Source: Cycas panzhihuaensis (taxonomy: Eukaryota > Plantae > Cycadophyta). Taken from it: 64,000 nucleotides of DNA. Of this stretch, positions 50,740 to 64,000 are shown one piece after another. The translations under genes were made by a program, and so were the position numbers. How positions within the stretch are numbered: the stretch's first letter is position 1; every line of letters begins with the position of its first letter. Location of the stretch: the NCBI GenBank assembly GCA_023213395.1, contig CM041465.1, positions 249,619,741-249,683,740 of the forward strand. Reading direction: 5' to 3'. The notes beneath the pieces were generated by a model. It had not been told where the DNA came from. It saw only the letters and a list, made by a program, of their open reading frames with translations, and ran no database searches.

Positions 50740-53700
50740 TTGGAAGACTTGTATTTGATGATACTTCAAATACTAGTGAGCACATATATTTATTTTAGAA
50801 CCTAGTGAATCTGAAAAGGATAATATATGAGAATGAAATCACGGTAAGATTTGCCTACTCATTACAAGGTGTAACTCTCATATGGTATAAGTAGTTAGAT
50901 CCAGCAAAGACATGGCAAGATATTGAGAAGGAGTTTGAAGAAAGATTTAAAAATTTTAGGAGTCAAAGTAGTGGAATGAACTCTCACGGAGGTAAAACAA
51001 AAGTTAAGAGAATCAATTTTAACATGCATAAGTCGAATAGATATTATAGTAACAAATATGACAAAAGGTGGAAAATTTATAGATTATAATATGAGGAACT
51101 ATTTTGTCAATTGGTTGTACTCAAAATTATAGGTTGTAATACTAGCATGCATAAGATCTAATCTTGGATTTTGAGAAGGAGATTGACACTAAAAGGGAAA
51201 GGCATGATCCTTTACTGTTGAGATTATAAGAGGATATGTAAGAACTGAGAAATCAAAACCTAAACAAACCTTGTTTCCAAATAATAAAAACAAAAGAAAC
51301 TTCAAAAGTAGAAAACCTAAGGAAGGAAGTATTTAGATTGAAACTATAATAAAAGAAACCTCCAGATTCAAAAGAAGAAAAAGTTGTGAAATATGGAGGG
51401 AAGGAACCATCATTGGAGAAATGATATCACATTTGTGATAAAGGTTCACACTCCATTAAGGAATGTGATCTAAGTGTAAAGGCAAAGAAACATACCTCTT
51501 GATGTCACATTTATGACCTAGATAATTATAATACCAAGGATTATTATTTTCATATACGAGGGAAGAATTCAAGAGGCAGAGGTTGAGGTAAAGGAAATAA
51601 TGCAACCAAGACTATTTATGCAACCCATACAACACCAAAAACTTCTAAAAAGAAACCTCTAATAGGGAGATTTTGGTATGCTTGGAGTTTGGGCGTTAGA
51701 AGTCAAAGTGCCAAGTGACGAAAGTACATAAAGAATGCCCATACATATGTAGGAATTATGGATTGAGTATCCACCCAAAAAATTACTATATTGGCAAAGG
51801 AAAAGTTGTAAATGTAATGTCTATAACACTTAATTCTCCAAAAAGTATGAATTTACAAAGCAAAAATGGGAAAGAAAAAGAAGAAGAGGACTATCCTAAT
51901 CCTAAAATAGAAATTAATAGATCCATGACAACAAAGAAGGTAGTAGAGAATGATACCCAAGAAGAGGTAGTGAAATCATTACCAATGGGTAAACTTGAGA
52001 TTAAACATATTTATAGGAGGAAAAACAAGGTTAAGCAACCAAATGAAATCTCAAGAGTAGAAGAATTAGGAAGTTTCTAAATAATACAGTTAGAGAACCA
52101 ATTGAGTCTTGTGCGTAAGGGACTACTAAGAGAAGATATTCCATGGATACTCATGATAATGGAAAACATAACAAAAAAATTACAATTAATGATCCCTCTA
52201 GAACAAGTGATTGAATGGATCAAGAGTGGAATATTGTAACTAATAAAGATATGAAAGAACCTCAATAATATTAAATCATCTTTTGGCATCGACCCTTTAA
52301 TCACTATCAGTATTATTAAGGAGATATCCCAAAATGTAATTGTGGATGGAGGTGCCATAGTAAATGTTCTACTAATGACTACCTAGAAAAAATTGGGTAG
52401 CCCTAAACTGTCACCTACTAATTACTCTCTTAAATTAGTAAATGAGTTATTGATGAACCCAATGGAACATCTTCCTGATATCAAGGTGAATGTCACCATA
52501 ATTATAGTACCAATAGATTTTACAATTGTGGAAATCATTAAAAATATGGTCTTTTATCTAGCTTTGTTAGGAAGTCCATGGCTATATTAAATATAATGGT
52601 TATAATGCTAAACGGACATGACATTTATCTTGACCGATGGGGGTAATGAAGTAGTATTGCCTATGTTGAACCAAGGAAAGTATAGAGTGGGCCTAGTTCC
52701 TAATGATGCTTCCAACACTATAATAACCAATGAAGAAATAGCCTTGACATTTGACGAAGTGAATCTCTACCATACTAGGGAAGAGACCAATGCTATGAAT
52801 AACATAGAGGAATACATACTAAACTACTATGAAGATCTATAATTAGAAAGTTCCTTTGATAAAGAAAGAATGGAAAATATGATCAATTACTAGATGAGGG
52901 AGTCTTATGAAGTGGATTCCCCCTCTTTCTATTATAATCTACTTTCTATATGTATTTCAACTCAACATTAATCAAATAAACTATTATTTTGAGTATATTA
53001 GCTCTAATAATAAAATAGGAGAACTAGGAGATAATTTATATATGAATGAACTTTTAGTCAATGTATATATAATAGAAAACTCTAGAAATAAGATACAAGT
53101 TAAATTACAAGTGAATCCCCTATCTTCTACTCTTAACCCTAACACTACCACTAGCCCTAACCTTAGTTGGTCTAGTTCAGAAGATTTGGCCAATCTTCTT
53201 CTAAACCTTACCCCTCCCTTTGTGTTAGACTCAAAACCCATGGTGGGATCCCTCCCTATTCCCCTACCCGTTCTTGAAGAAATCAATTCCTCAACTTTCT
53301 CTCTCAAAGTACATTAACTAAGTGAGAATCATATAGAAAACCATCTTATAGTCTCATGGCCCCATGAGGGAATTTCATAGAGAACTATTTTGAAAGAATC
53401 CCTTTCCCAACACCCCATACCCAAAGATAGGTTGAACCATCCTTTATCAGAAGAGTAGTAACTCTAGTTTTAGGGAATAAGTTAGAATGTACTGACCACA
53501 TAATACAATATATAGAATATTGATTGGAACATAAGATCCTAAATAGATCTCAATGGGTAATGGATGTTGTCCTTACCCCCCAAGACTAAGCCTGGTGGTG
53601 GTATTTAGCCCACCAAACTCTACTCTAGAATTGGACAACCTTTTGGTTGAGATCTGATTCACTTAAAGAATTGGCTATTATTCCTTTCCTAATAGGAGAA

Positions 53701-56700
53701 TACCCAATAAAGCATCTTAATATATGGAAATGAGCATGGAGAGCTTGAAACATCCCAAAATTCAATTAGGGACACCTATTTTTTCATATCTTAGGTAGGT
53801 TAGGTAACAAATGGTTTCTTGGGCAAGAACATAAAAAGGTCACTTATGAAATCCTTTTCTTACTCATCGAAAAACCAAATCATAACTAGGGTATTACAAT
53901 ATATTAAATAAATGAGCATATAAGTAGAAAAAATAAAATCCATATTAGTTGTAAGAACTATAGAGAATAGAGATAATGAAGAAGAAGAGGGGGGGCAAGC
54001 TCACAAATTTTCTTCAAAATATACAAAACTTCATTATGACTAAAGAAAAATAGAGGAAACCCATGCACATTAGATATTTGGGGATTAATAGATTAAAAGT
54101 GAAGAGATTAAAACTACTAAGGTAAATTTTAGAATAATGAAAAATCCCCAAAATAGTATGACAGAACCATAGCTAAAGCACAAGCACTTTTTAGGACTTT
54201 AAGATGTTTTTGCTTAGGCTTATAATGATTTTAAAAGTTTTTTTTTTTGAAATAGAGATGCACCACATAGTCTGATAGAAGGCGCCAAGCTTGTGAAACA
54301 AAGACTATACAAAATGAATCTAGTATATAAGGAAAATGTGAAAGTTGAGCTAAATAAAATTCATGAAGTTAGTTATATTTATAAGGTAGAATACGGTGAC
54401 TAAGTGAGTTATGTAGTAGCGATTCCTAAGAAGAATAGGAAAAACAAGGTATCTATGGATCATCTTTAGTTAAACAAAGTAACAAAAAAAGACTTGTTCT
54501 TAATTTCATTCACTGAGGATGTATTGGAAATGGTGGGAGGAAACAAAGTCTATTCCTTCATTGATAGATTTGGTGGTTATAATCAAGTCAATATCACTCT
54601 AGAAGACTAGTCAAAGACCACATTTATCAACAAATGGGGAATGCATACATATAAGGTGATGCGATTTGGTTTGATAAATGCCCCAACTACATTCTAGAGA
54701 ATAATAATTAATATTTTCAAGAAAATAATAAGAGAAAACGTTGCATGGAATAATGAAAAATTATATCAGAAATCTTAGAGTAATGTTACAAATATGTTAA
54801 GAGAATAATTTGTATTTCAACCTAGGAGAATATACATTTCTAGTACCATTTGATAACCTATTAGTTTATAATGTTAGTAATGAAGGTTTGCTAATAAATA
54901 GTACTAAAGTAGGCATAAGTCTATATTATCCACAACCCTTATCAAAGAATCAACTCAAAGGATTCCTTGGATTAACTAGTTACTATTAGATGTTTATAAA
55001 AGGGTTCATGCATATATTTGGACCTTTCAAGTACTTATTGAAAAAGGATAGGGATTAGGAATGGGGACCTAATCAACACAAAATATTTGAGGTATTAAAA
55101 TGAGCTAGAGACTTTACCTCTGTACTTAGATTCCCTAGTTGGAATAAATTATTCTATATACAAGTAAATGCTTTAGAATTTGTAATTAGATGTGTATTAA
55201 TACAACCTAGAGAGAATAATATGGATTATCCTATTTATTTTATTAGAAGAAAGTTAACAAAAAATATAGAAGAACTATAAACTATAGAGAGGGAAGGTTT
55301 GTGGATGGTTTATGCATTTTAAAAGTTTTAACACTATTTATTATTAATCCCTTCATCTTTGATGTGGACTGTCAAGCCCTAATGTACCTCATTAATAAGC
55401 CATTACTGAAAGGGTGTATTAGTTGGTGGTTAATGCTCTTCTAGGATTTTACTTTTAAAATTATAGTGAAACCAAGGAAGGCACATATTGTCCTTGACCA
55501 ACTATTATGAATAGAGAATGGAGAGAAGGCTATCAAAGTAAAAGATGATTTCCTTGACACAACATTATTTAGTATGGAAGTTGTTCCTATGGAATGGCAT
55601 GAAGACATCCTAAAATTCTTAGTAACTTGAGAATTCACACTACACATAGATAAAACATAAATGCAAAATTTAGTATAGAAAATAGAACCCTATTAACTAA
55701 TCTATTGGGAATTGTATCAACTTAGGCCAGATGACATATTATGTCACTGCATTCGACCTCATGAGATGTACCAAGTTATTGCTCAAACTCATAAGGAAAT
55801 ATTGAGAGGCCACATGGAGGTAAAAAATCATGGAGGAAAGTTTTGACTATTAGCTTTTGGTGGCCTACACTTTTCAAAGGTATTTGACAATTGGTAAAGA
55901 ATGTGACCAATGTTAGAGAACATGTAAGCCGTGACACTAAGATTTTAATCCATTGAACCTAGTGTTACCATTAATGCTGCTTGAAAAATAGGGTTTGGAT
56001 TTTGTGGGTCCCATTAAGCCAACAACACATAGATCCCATGCAAGTTATATTTAGGTGGCTACTGATTACACAACTAAATGGGTAGAAGCATGACCACTTT
56101 GAAAGGCAAATATAACTAACACAACAAGATTCCTATATGAAGTGATTATCTTAAGATTCAATTATCCTCTCAAGTTAGTATGTAGTTAAGGATCATGTTT
56201 TTAAATGAATTTATTAGGGAATTAGTAACTATACTTATGCCTAACCATCATAAATCAACCCCCTACTATTCATGAGAAAACAACAAAGAAAAAATTTCCA
56301 ACAAAATCCAAGAGAGATAGTTGAGAAATTTTTTTGATATTGGAAGATCTAATTAGATGGAAAAAATACTTTAAATTTTGTGGAAATTCTACACCACATA
56401 TAAATAAGCAATAAACCAAACTCTATTCAAACTTGTATACATAATTGAAGCCTTATTCTAGTTGAGTTTTAGATTTTAAGTTTGAGGGTGGCACTCACTT
56501 ATTGATTAGATGATACTTAGTCACTTCGTAAAAGGTTGTGGCAGTTAATACAACTATAAGAAGATTGATAGGAAGTGGAATGATTACAAGAGATAAAGAA
56601 GACCAGATAAAAGGTATGGTATGACCACAACATCAAGTCACCTGAATTCAATGAAGAAGATCAAGGGTTACTTTATGACGATAAATTCTAAATTCATCTA

Positions 56701-56841
56701 GGGAAATTAAAGATGAGATGGTAAGTTCCATATGAGGTAGGCAAGATTTTTGAAGATGGTTCTGTTTAATTAAGGGAAATTGACGAATTATAGTTGTTGA
56801 CATTAGTGAATGGCAATAGACTAAAACCTTATCACCATTAG
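50740..56841 (+). pseudogene. Gypsy gag-pol (gag, knuckles, PR, RT, RNase H, INT)
   Basis: LQGVTLIWY (gag). HICDKGSHSIKEC. VIVDGGAIVNV and LLGSPWL (PR). YKVMRFGLINAP (RT). FWWPTLFK, GLDFVGPI and VNGNRLKPY (INT). Confidence 0.93.
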
Positions 56842-57565
56842 GTTATTATTCCAACAAGAATCAATTAGATGCACCATAGCATGTTGCTTGAAATTATGGA
56901 CAATCAAGGTTGTTATGGTGCTAAGGACATAATTATACCCTAGTATGTAAATAAAAATACAAGGAAAAAAAATTTGTAACTCAAAATATCATACATTTAA
57001 GCAAAATCATAGAAAAAGGTATATGACAAAATATTATATTAAAAAAATATATATATACTGAAAATAAAATATTATTAAACAGAATTGAAGAAAATATATT
57101 GAAGAACAAAAGGATAAATAAAGATATATTGAAAAAAAAAAATTAGCCAAAAAAGAAATTTAGTGAAAAAATCCTAAAAGATAAAGAGATTTTTTTAATT
57201 CTTCCTTTGAAATACATCATGCATTCCAAAATGGAATGAGAACAAGAATACATTAATTAAAAGATTGCATAGTGAATTTTGCACTATGCATTCTTTCTTG
57301 TATTCTAATGGAGAAACATACATGGAAATACATTTGATTTAAAACATCTAATGCATTATTCTTACCATCCAAGGAAGAAGAAATACTAAGAAGCTTGGAA
57401 TAGAGACTTGAAGATAATTTTTGACAAGGTTGAAGCCTAGAATAGTGTGTGTCTTGGATGATGAACACACAAAACACTTACAACAATGCACAACAATAGT
57501 ATGTCCTACCAAAGGGATGAATTTAGGTTTGGGCCTTCTAGTGTTAATTACTTACATTTCACTTT

Positions 57566-57659
57566 TTTCTTATTAGATTCTTTGCTATTTCAGCTGTCAC
57601 ACTGAACTAGTGGAATAGCAAAGAATCTAATAAGAAAGGTTCTTTCTTCCACTAGTTCA
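57566..57659. repeat. Interleaved perfect inverted repeats (24 bp and 13 bp)
   Basis: 57566-57589 is the reverse complement of 57614-57637. 57603-57615 is the reverse complement of 57647-57659. Confidence 0.95.
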
Positions 57660-57679
57660 ATCGTAGGGTTAGGATAAAG

Positions 57680-58800
57680 ACTGTAGATGTTCAAGAGATA
57701 TATTTACCAAAACTAAAGGTTGAATTAGAGGGGATGTCATCTACATTCTGAGGGAAAATTAAACAGTTAAGTTGGGGTGATTTTATTTATATGCAACTAT
57801 TGAATTAGGATTTGGTATTAATGGATAAAATTATTATGACCCTAAAAAGAGATAGGGAGAGGGTGCAACTAGATGTTGATATAGTCCATGTAGTCATTAG
57901 GCTTACTCAGGATGGGGACACTTTGACACTTGTAAAAAGATCATAAGTAGATTGAGAAGCTTGGGTGTGAGAGTTATGCAAAGAAAATATCCAAATTTAT
58001 TGAGAAGAGATCTAAATTATAGATATTAAGGATGAACGACTACAATAGGTGGCTAAAGTAATTGTTGTCGAGTTCTTGTCCAAATAAAAACATACTTACA
58101 TTCCTGGTAGTATGATGCAAGTACTACCATAGATTTAGGATGGAATGTAATTTAATTGGTTTGAGTTCATGGTGACTAGCGTGAGGCATTAGATAGAGGT
58201 GATCTAAACCCATCCTCTCTGGAACCCATTACACTTATTGGAAATACTATTCCATCAATGCCTTGAAACCTACACTTTACACATGCCTATTCATCAAGGG
58301 AAACCAATAATAAAGTAATGGGTAAATATATTTCCCAATACTATTTAGGATTTTAAAGTAAAAGGACAAGCGAAGAAAGAAATAATGAAAGTGGTGAAAT
58401 GGATTCAACCAAAACTAGGCAGTCCCACTCTATTCCAGTCTAAATAAGTGGTGAAGAAGAGTGTTAAATATGGATATGCAAAAGTAGAAGATATTGAGTC
58501 TACATTGTCACTCAAGGAATTGGATATGGAGCTACCATTTTAGATAGTCACAGTGTTGGGAGAAGGGTTCTCTCAACAACAAAACCTCTTAGAGGGTAAG
58601 GGCAAAGAAATCATTCATATAGTGGAAGAAATAGAGAAGGGGTACAAGGTAGAGGTTACTACCTTATAGGAAAAATTAAAAGAAAAAGATGTAATAATTA
58701 CTACCTTGATCCATATCAATAAAGATTTTCTCAAGGACACTAACTATAGGTGATCTTGGATCATATGGGCAGTCCTAATTCAGAGGAGAAGGAGGAAGAT
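57680..58800 (+). pseudogene. Decayed extra 3' ORF of the second Gypsy
   Basis: Coding-like frame including IVHVVIRLTQDGD and DGM*FNWFEFM, with an acidic C-terminal tract. Confidence 0.5.
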
Positions 58801-61800
58801 GACACACAAATTTAAAATTTAAAATTTTTTAAGTAAGGATGGTCAACCCCTTTTTGTTGACCCAAAATAGATACTAGGGTCAAATATGATACCTGTGCAT
58901 TTGAATAGTGGAACAAATGGTATTTAGAATTCATTAAGAGACTATGAGTGCAGGTTAGCAATGCAGTAAGCATTTGAGTGGTGGAATACATGAGATTCTG
59001 GTGGAGAACAATAAAAACAAGCTCTTAGGGAATGCATAATAGGGTGTGTTCTGAAACATGGATGTATGTCAAAATATAGACAAAACTAGAATGTACGAGG
59101 AATGAATGGACTAGAATAGGTAAACGCAAGCTAATAACAACCAGAACTATACAAATACATGGGTAGATGGTTGTAATAAGATTAATCAAGCATAATCATT
59201 TGTTGAGGAGTAGATTAATTACTAAGATGTATGCATTATATAAAACTATTGGTCATAATCATTCCCCAACAGGCACATATAAGGTATTCATAGGTCATTC
59301 TCTTGTCATTTTAAGTGTAAGAGCTAATTTTTTCTATGTTATGGCATGCTTTCTAGTACAAATGGCAAGTGTATTATATTATTGAGGGAAATATACTGAC
59401 AAATGGCCATATGATAGAATAGAATTGATGTAAATAATGATGTTGCTTAATAAAATAACTGAGTTATATGGACAATATGTCTTATGTGTTACTTCTAATT
59501 AATTTATAATGATGTGATAGATAAAAATGTTGTGATTTTTGTCATATCATGGACTTATGTGGTATATATGCATGTAATTAACTCGTATTTTTACAATAAG
59601 TCCTAGTTTAGACTACAATAAGTGACCTTTAACAAGTGCCCCTTCTAAGGAGTAAAAGGGAAGTCAACATTCATTAGACATAAGGAATCTAATACAAAGG
59701 TATCAACTTCTAGATTTTCCCCTAGGATCTTTTCCCTCATTCATATCATGTTCTCCCCTCTTGTTTTTATTTTCTTTTAAGCAATCTAGCCTATTTTTAT
59801 TATTTGTGGATATAATTTACATATTTTACAAGAGTTTGTGTACTTGGCTACCAAAATATTATTATGCATATATCACACACATGTAAGACTGAGCACAAAA
59901 CATCATAATAATAAAACATGAAATCTATCAAGGTGCATTCCACACTTAATAAGGTAGTAGAAAGATCCCATTTTATATAATAGATGCATTTTTATTATAT
60001 CATTAAGTAAAACTTGAAAAAAATGAAATATACATTGATGTATACATAATGGATATATGTGATGTGTTACAAGCCATTTGGATTGTGACATTATAAGAGG
60101 ACTAGTTCCTCCTTAGCATTGATAAGGAGCATTCCTCTACCACCTATTATGATTAAGATCATTTTATGGAGGATATTAATAAGGAACATCTTGAACAAGC
60201 AAACTCTAAAATACATTTTTAGGCATTAAGTTCTAAACAAGTTATGTAAGTTATGTGGTAGATGTTATTAAATTTAACAAGGAGATCAAAGCAAGTTGAT
60301 TGGGCAGAATGACTTATCAAACAAGTTACTATGAAAAAGATAGAATTAGGCCACCACCTATAATACCTCACCATGAGAATCATAAGGCTAAGTAACCTAA
60401 ATTAATGTGGCTTCTATAGTAGTCATATGGCTTGGTTGAATGAGCACATGTTCATATTACTAAGGCATTTATTCAACTTGAATATATGTGTGTGAGTTCT
60501 TATGTAAAATATGAAGGTGTATAATGGTATTAGGGCTACCAAAGAAAAGATATCTAAGAGTCATATCCTTGAGAAGAATAATGCACTATTCCTTCAATTC
60601 AAAAAAATCCTGAGTGTGTTGACCAATGCTTTTATGTAGGAATTATGATAGAATTATGATAGAAACATCCTAAGGATATTATCTTTCATTTTGGGAAGAG
60701 TAACATGTTCTAAAAATTTCACTAACAATGCATTAGTATCTTGTATATATTATTCAAGCAACTCAGTGTATTAGTACTTACTAGCACCATTTAAAACGAT
60801 GTGACATAATAGTCTCATTTATATAGTGTTATAATAGAGATATACAATGACAAGAACAACATCAATATACTTCTCAATATCTTCATTGGGTCTATTATAA
60901 AACTTAGGAAAGCCAAAGGGAATGCATGGTATATTTCACGTTGTTACTAGAATGACCAAAGGAGGGGACCCCTCTCAATATAGATATGGAAGCCTCAATG
61001 ATGTGGTCATGGATGAAATGATTATGAGTTTCAAAGGCATAATGACTAGAGATCCCTAACTTGACTGATCTTTAGACTGAAAAATAAAGGATTATTGAGA
61101 ACAAGTAGGAATATATGAATGTAGATGGATCAAGTAATACACTATAAGTGTGTAAAGGTGAAATCCCTAAAATCCTAGATACAATAACGTCTTCAAGAGT
61201 TCAAGGTTGAATGGGTGATAATCCCCTAAATTCTCATGAAATCTTGATGGGATTAATATGAAATCCTTTATGTTGAGGTGACACATTAGTAGATCAAAAT
61301 TGCTATAAATGTGGTTAGGGATTGATCCTTAAATTATTCACTAATGTGGTCACTAGAAAAATGTTGACGTAGAATAAGCATAATAATTTTCTATTGTAAA
61401 TTCCCCATATGCTTAGGTGAAAATGGGTTATTAATTTTATTAATGTTTTTACGAGTTAAACTACTTTGAGTTAGTGGTGTCTAACAAGTTTTGTGTTTGA
61501 TTTGATGTGTGTAGTCTAAATGTCTTATTTGTGTGTTAATTGGTTTATTAGGACTTCATTTGACCTTTGTAATAATGATATTAAACTAGACTAATCATTC
61601 AAAATTACATACATGTATCATTAGAGATTTTTTCCATTACTTTGAAAAAAGGCATAAACCTCCCCCTAAAAATGAGCTTCTAATCACATAAAAAATTCAC
61701 TAAGTTGCATCAAATTACTTTTATTAGTAATTTATTTTTGATATTCTTCAAAAGAATAATAAAAGAAAATGACTCTACAATATATGTGATGTCCTAAGCA

Positions 61801-64000
61801 AATGCATAAAATACAATCCAATAGGATTTGAAGCTCTAAACCTTTCTTAAAATATTTAAATATCATCTCGTTTGATCACAAAGTTACAACTCATTTCATT
61901 AACATACAAATGCAAACTTTAAATGGTTTTTGATGTAAATATCTTTGATAAAAACAATGATTCCACTTTATGTAATTTGAACCCTCAACTTATTTCACTC
62001 AATGCCTAAATGAGCTTCCCTATATCACAAAAGTCAAACTCCATTTCTATTGAAATCCACCTCTCTTTATTTACTTTTATATGAATAAATATTTTCTTTG
62101 ATGTAAAAATGAGATAAATTAAGAGGGTTGTACAAATGAGATTTGAAACATATTGGGTTTTGAGGTTTGAATCTATAACCCTTTCCTTCAAAATTAAATT
62201 GAGCTCCTTATCTAGCCAATAAGTCATTATTATTAACATAATCCTGCTTCCCTTCTGTGCGCTCCCCCCCCCCCTACCTACCTTTATATGCCATTACTTT
62301 CTTTCACTATGTAAATCAATGCAAGGGATGAAGGATAAAAGAAGGAATGAATTTAATAAGGATCCTTGACCTTCATTTCTTAATATCTTTTAACCTTCTC
62401 ACTAACTAGTAAACCCCATTTCCTTTGGTTTTTATACATAAGAGACTTTTGTTGTGCAAAATTGGGTAAACATAAATTTTCAAAATGGTGTTGCACTCAA
62501 CAATATTTAACCCCGTGAGCTTTAATTTTTAAGTCCTATAAAACTCTCCCTAATCAATTTTATCTTGCATATAATGTTGAAGTGGGGGACAACATCTGTT
62601 TATGACTCATGTGCCCATTTATCTTTAAATCAAAATTACAAGTGTGAAATGCTATGTAATGGAACTAAGCCAAATGCAAACTAAATAAAAAACACAATAA
62701 AACAAATGAAAAAATAAGGAAAAAAAAAAAAAAAACAAAAAATGAGATTGCATGAATATGTGTAGGTTCATGAAAGGGGCAAATCAAGTCTTGTGCTATG
62801 GGGGAGGTTGTTAAAGGAGACACAAATTTAATTTATAGGATTAGCCTGATTCTCAGATTTTCAATACAATTATAACCTTTTGTAATAGTTGAGGGTTGAT
62901 TAAATGGTATTCCACTTCATTGAGATGGTTGAGGCAGGTATTCAATCCACTATAGTAATAAATGGTATGCTCATGAGCCTTTAACAAAAGACTTTTAATC
63001 TCAATGAATCTAAAATTATTTTTGAACACATGAAGAGCAAAATTTGAGCTATTATGGATCTTACTCTACTAAGGCCACCATTGATATGCATTTACTTTTA
63101 TAAGAGAACATAGGTATTGTAATTAATATAAACTTACAGAACATGGTGAATATGAATGGGGAAGGTCAAGAGACTAGCACTTGAGAAGTATGTTGAAGTA
63201 TATAAGAAAGGGTTAGAGTTGTAGTAGGATAAGGACATCATCCCAAGTTGGCATAACGTTAAAAATATATAGTAAGGAAAGGAAGACATCTCTTAAATTA
63301 TACAAGGAAGGACATGAGTTTTGTCATTTCCTTAGGTAGTTAAGATCCATTTCAATTGAGTTAAGGTAAGATATTTTGGATGATAAGATGTGGATAAATT
63401 TAACAATCACAGGGTAAATACAAGGAAATTAAAAAAGAGATAGAAATAATTATATAGAAACACTATTAGGTTTAGAAGCATTTAATGGGAACTATGTAAG
63501 ATGAATGTAGAAAGGACATTAATAAACTAAAAAGTCATAGGAAAATTGTAATGAAAATAGAGGAAGGTATGACGTAGGAGGATGCTAAGTATGCAATTAG
63601 GAGGAATAGTGCTAGAGCATATGATAGAGAATACCACATTGAAGATATGAACATAAATGAGAAAATCAATACCATGCTTAAAGAATTGAGGGCAAATGAT
63701 AGAGACAATTAGGATTTTACAAAGAAGAAATGGCATATGAAAGAAAGTAAGGAAGACTACAATGAAGAAGGGGGATCAACTACAAAGGATCTGCATAGAA
63801 AGGAAAGGAAGAAAAATGGGGGTAAATGAAACTACATAAAATAGACTAGAAAGTAGCTAATGATGACAAGGAATATTTAATATACACTTCTAAAATGAGA
63901 GGGATAGAATACAACTAGAATGAAATGTACATAATCGTTTTATACAAGGATAAAGATGGCCGTAAAAGAAAAAAAAGGAAGGAAGTGGGCACTAAACCAT

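Larger units (their letters stand above)
48988..59669 (+). mobile_element. Full-length decayed non-chromoviral Ty3/Gypsy related to 28330-38646 (LTRs 48988-~49806 and 58872-59669)
   Basis: ~800-bp direct repeats TGTTG...TCAACA. PBS-like tggtttcatttct at 49808. Degenerate TSD CTTAT/TTCAT. Confidence 0.9.

Noticed and set aside
59670-64000. Eroded TE debris (KAKGNAWY at ~60910; possible PPT and LTR start at ~62800)
   Set aside because: Isolated motifs with no supportable boundaries or domain order.

Overview
AT-rich, CpG-depleted plant heterochromatin made almost entirely of decayed, nested retrotransposons. No intact host gene or intact TE ORF is visible. The element types suggest a seed-free vascular plant or gymnosperm (inference only). 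From left to right: (1) a decayed Tat/Ogre-like Gypsy pol (1-5.5 kb) interrupted by a truncated L1 LINE. (2) A pair of ~2.7-kb chromovirus-type LTRs (8745-11412 and ~43200-45928) enclosing Copia A (12762-22165), P- and PLS-class PPR fragments, Copia B (23370-~41360) and a chromodomain. Copia A contains a non-autonomous Copia (14350-19072) carrying an intronless antisense MSD1/SSX2IP copy. Copia B contains a solo LTR and a Gypsy (28330-38646), which itself holds a young 312-bp TRIM. (3) A second related Gypsy (48988-59669). Best leads: a TRIM whose Pol III A box lies in the LTR and B box lies after the PBS at tRNA spacing; a second Gag-capsid-like domain between protease and RT shared by both non-chromoviral Gypsy elements; and host-gene cargo inside LTR elements. 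All comparisons were by eye and protein identities come from recall, not database searches.
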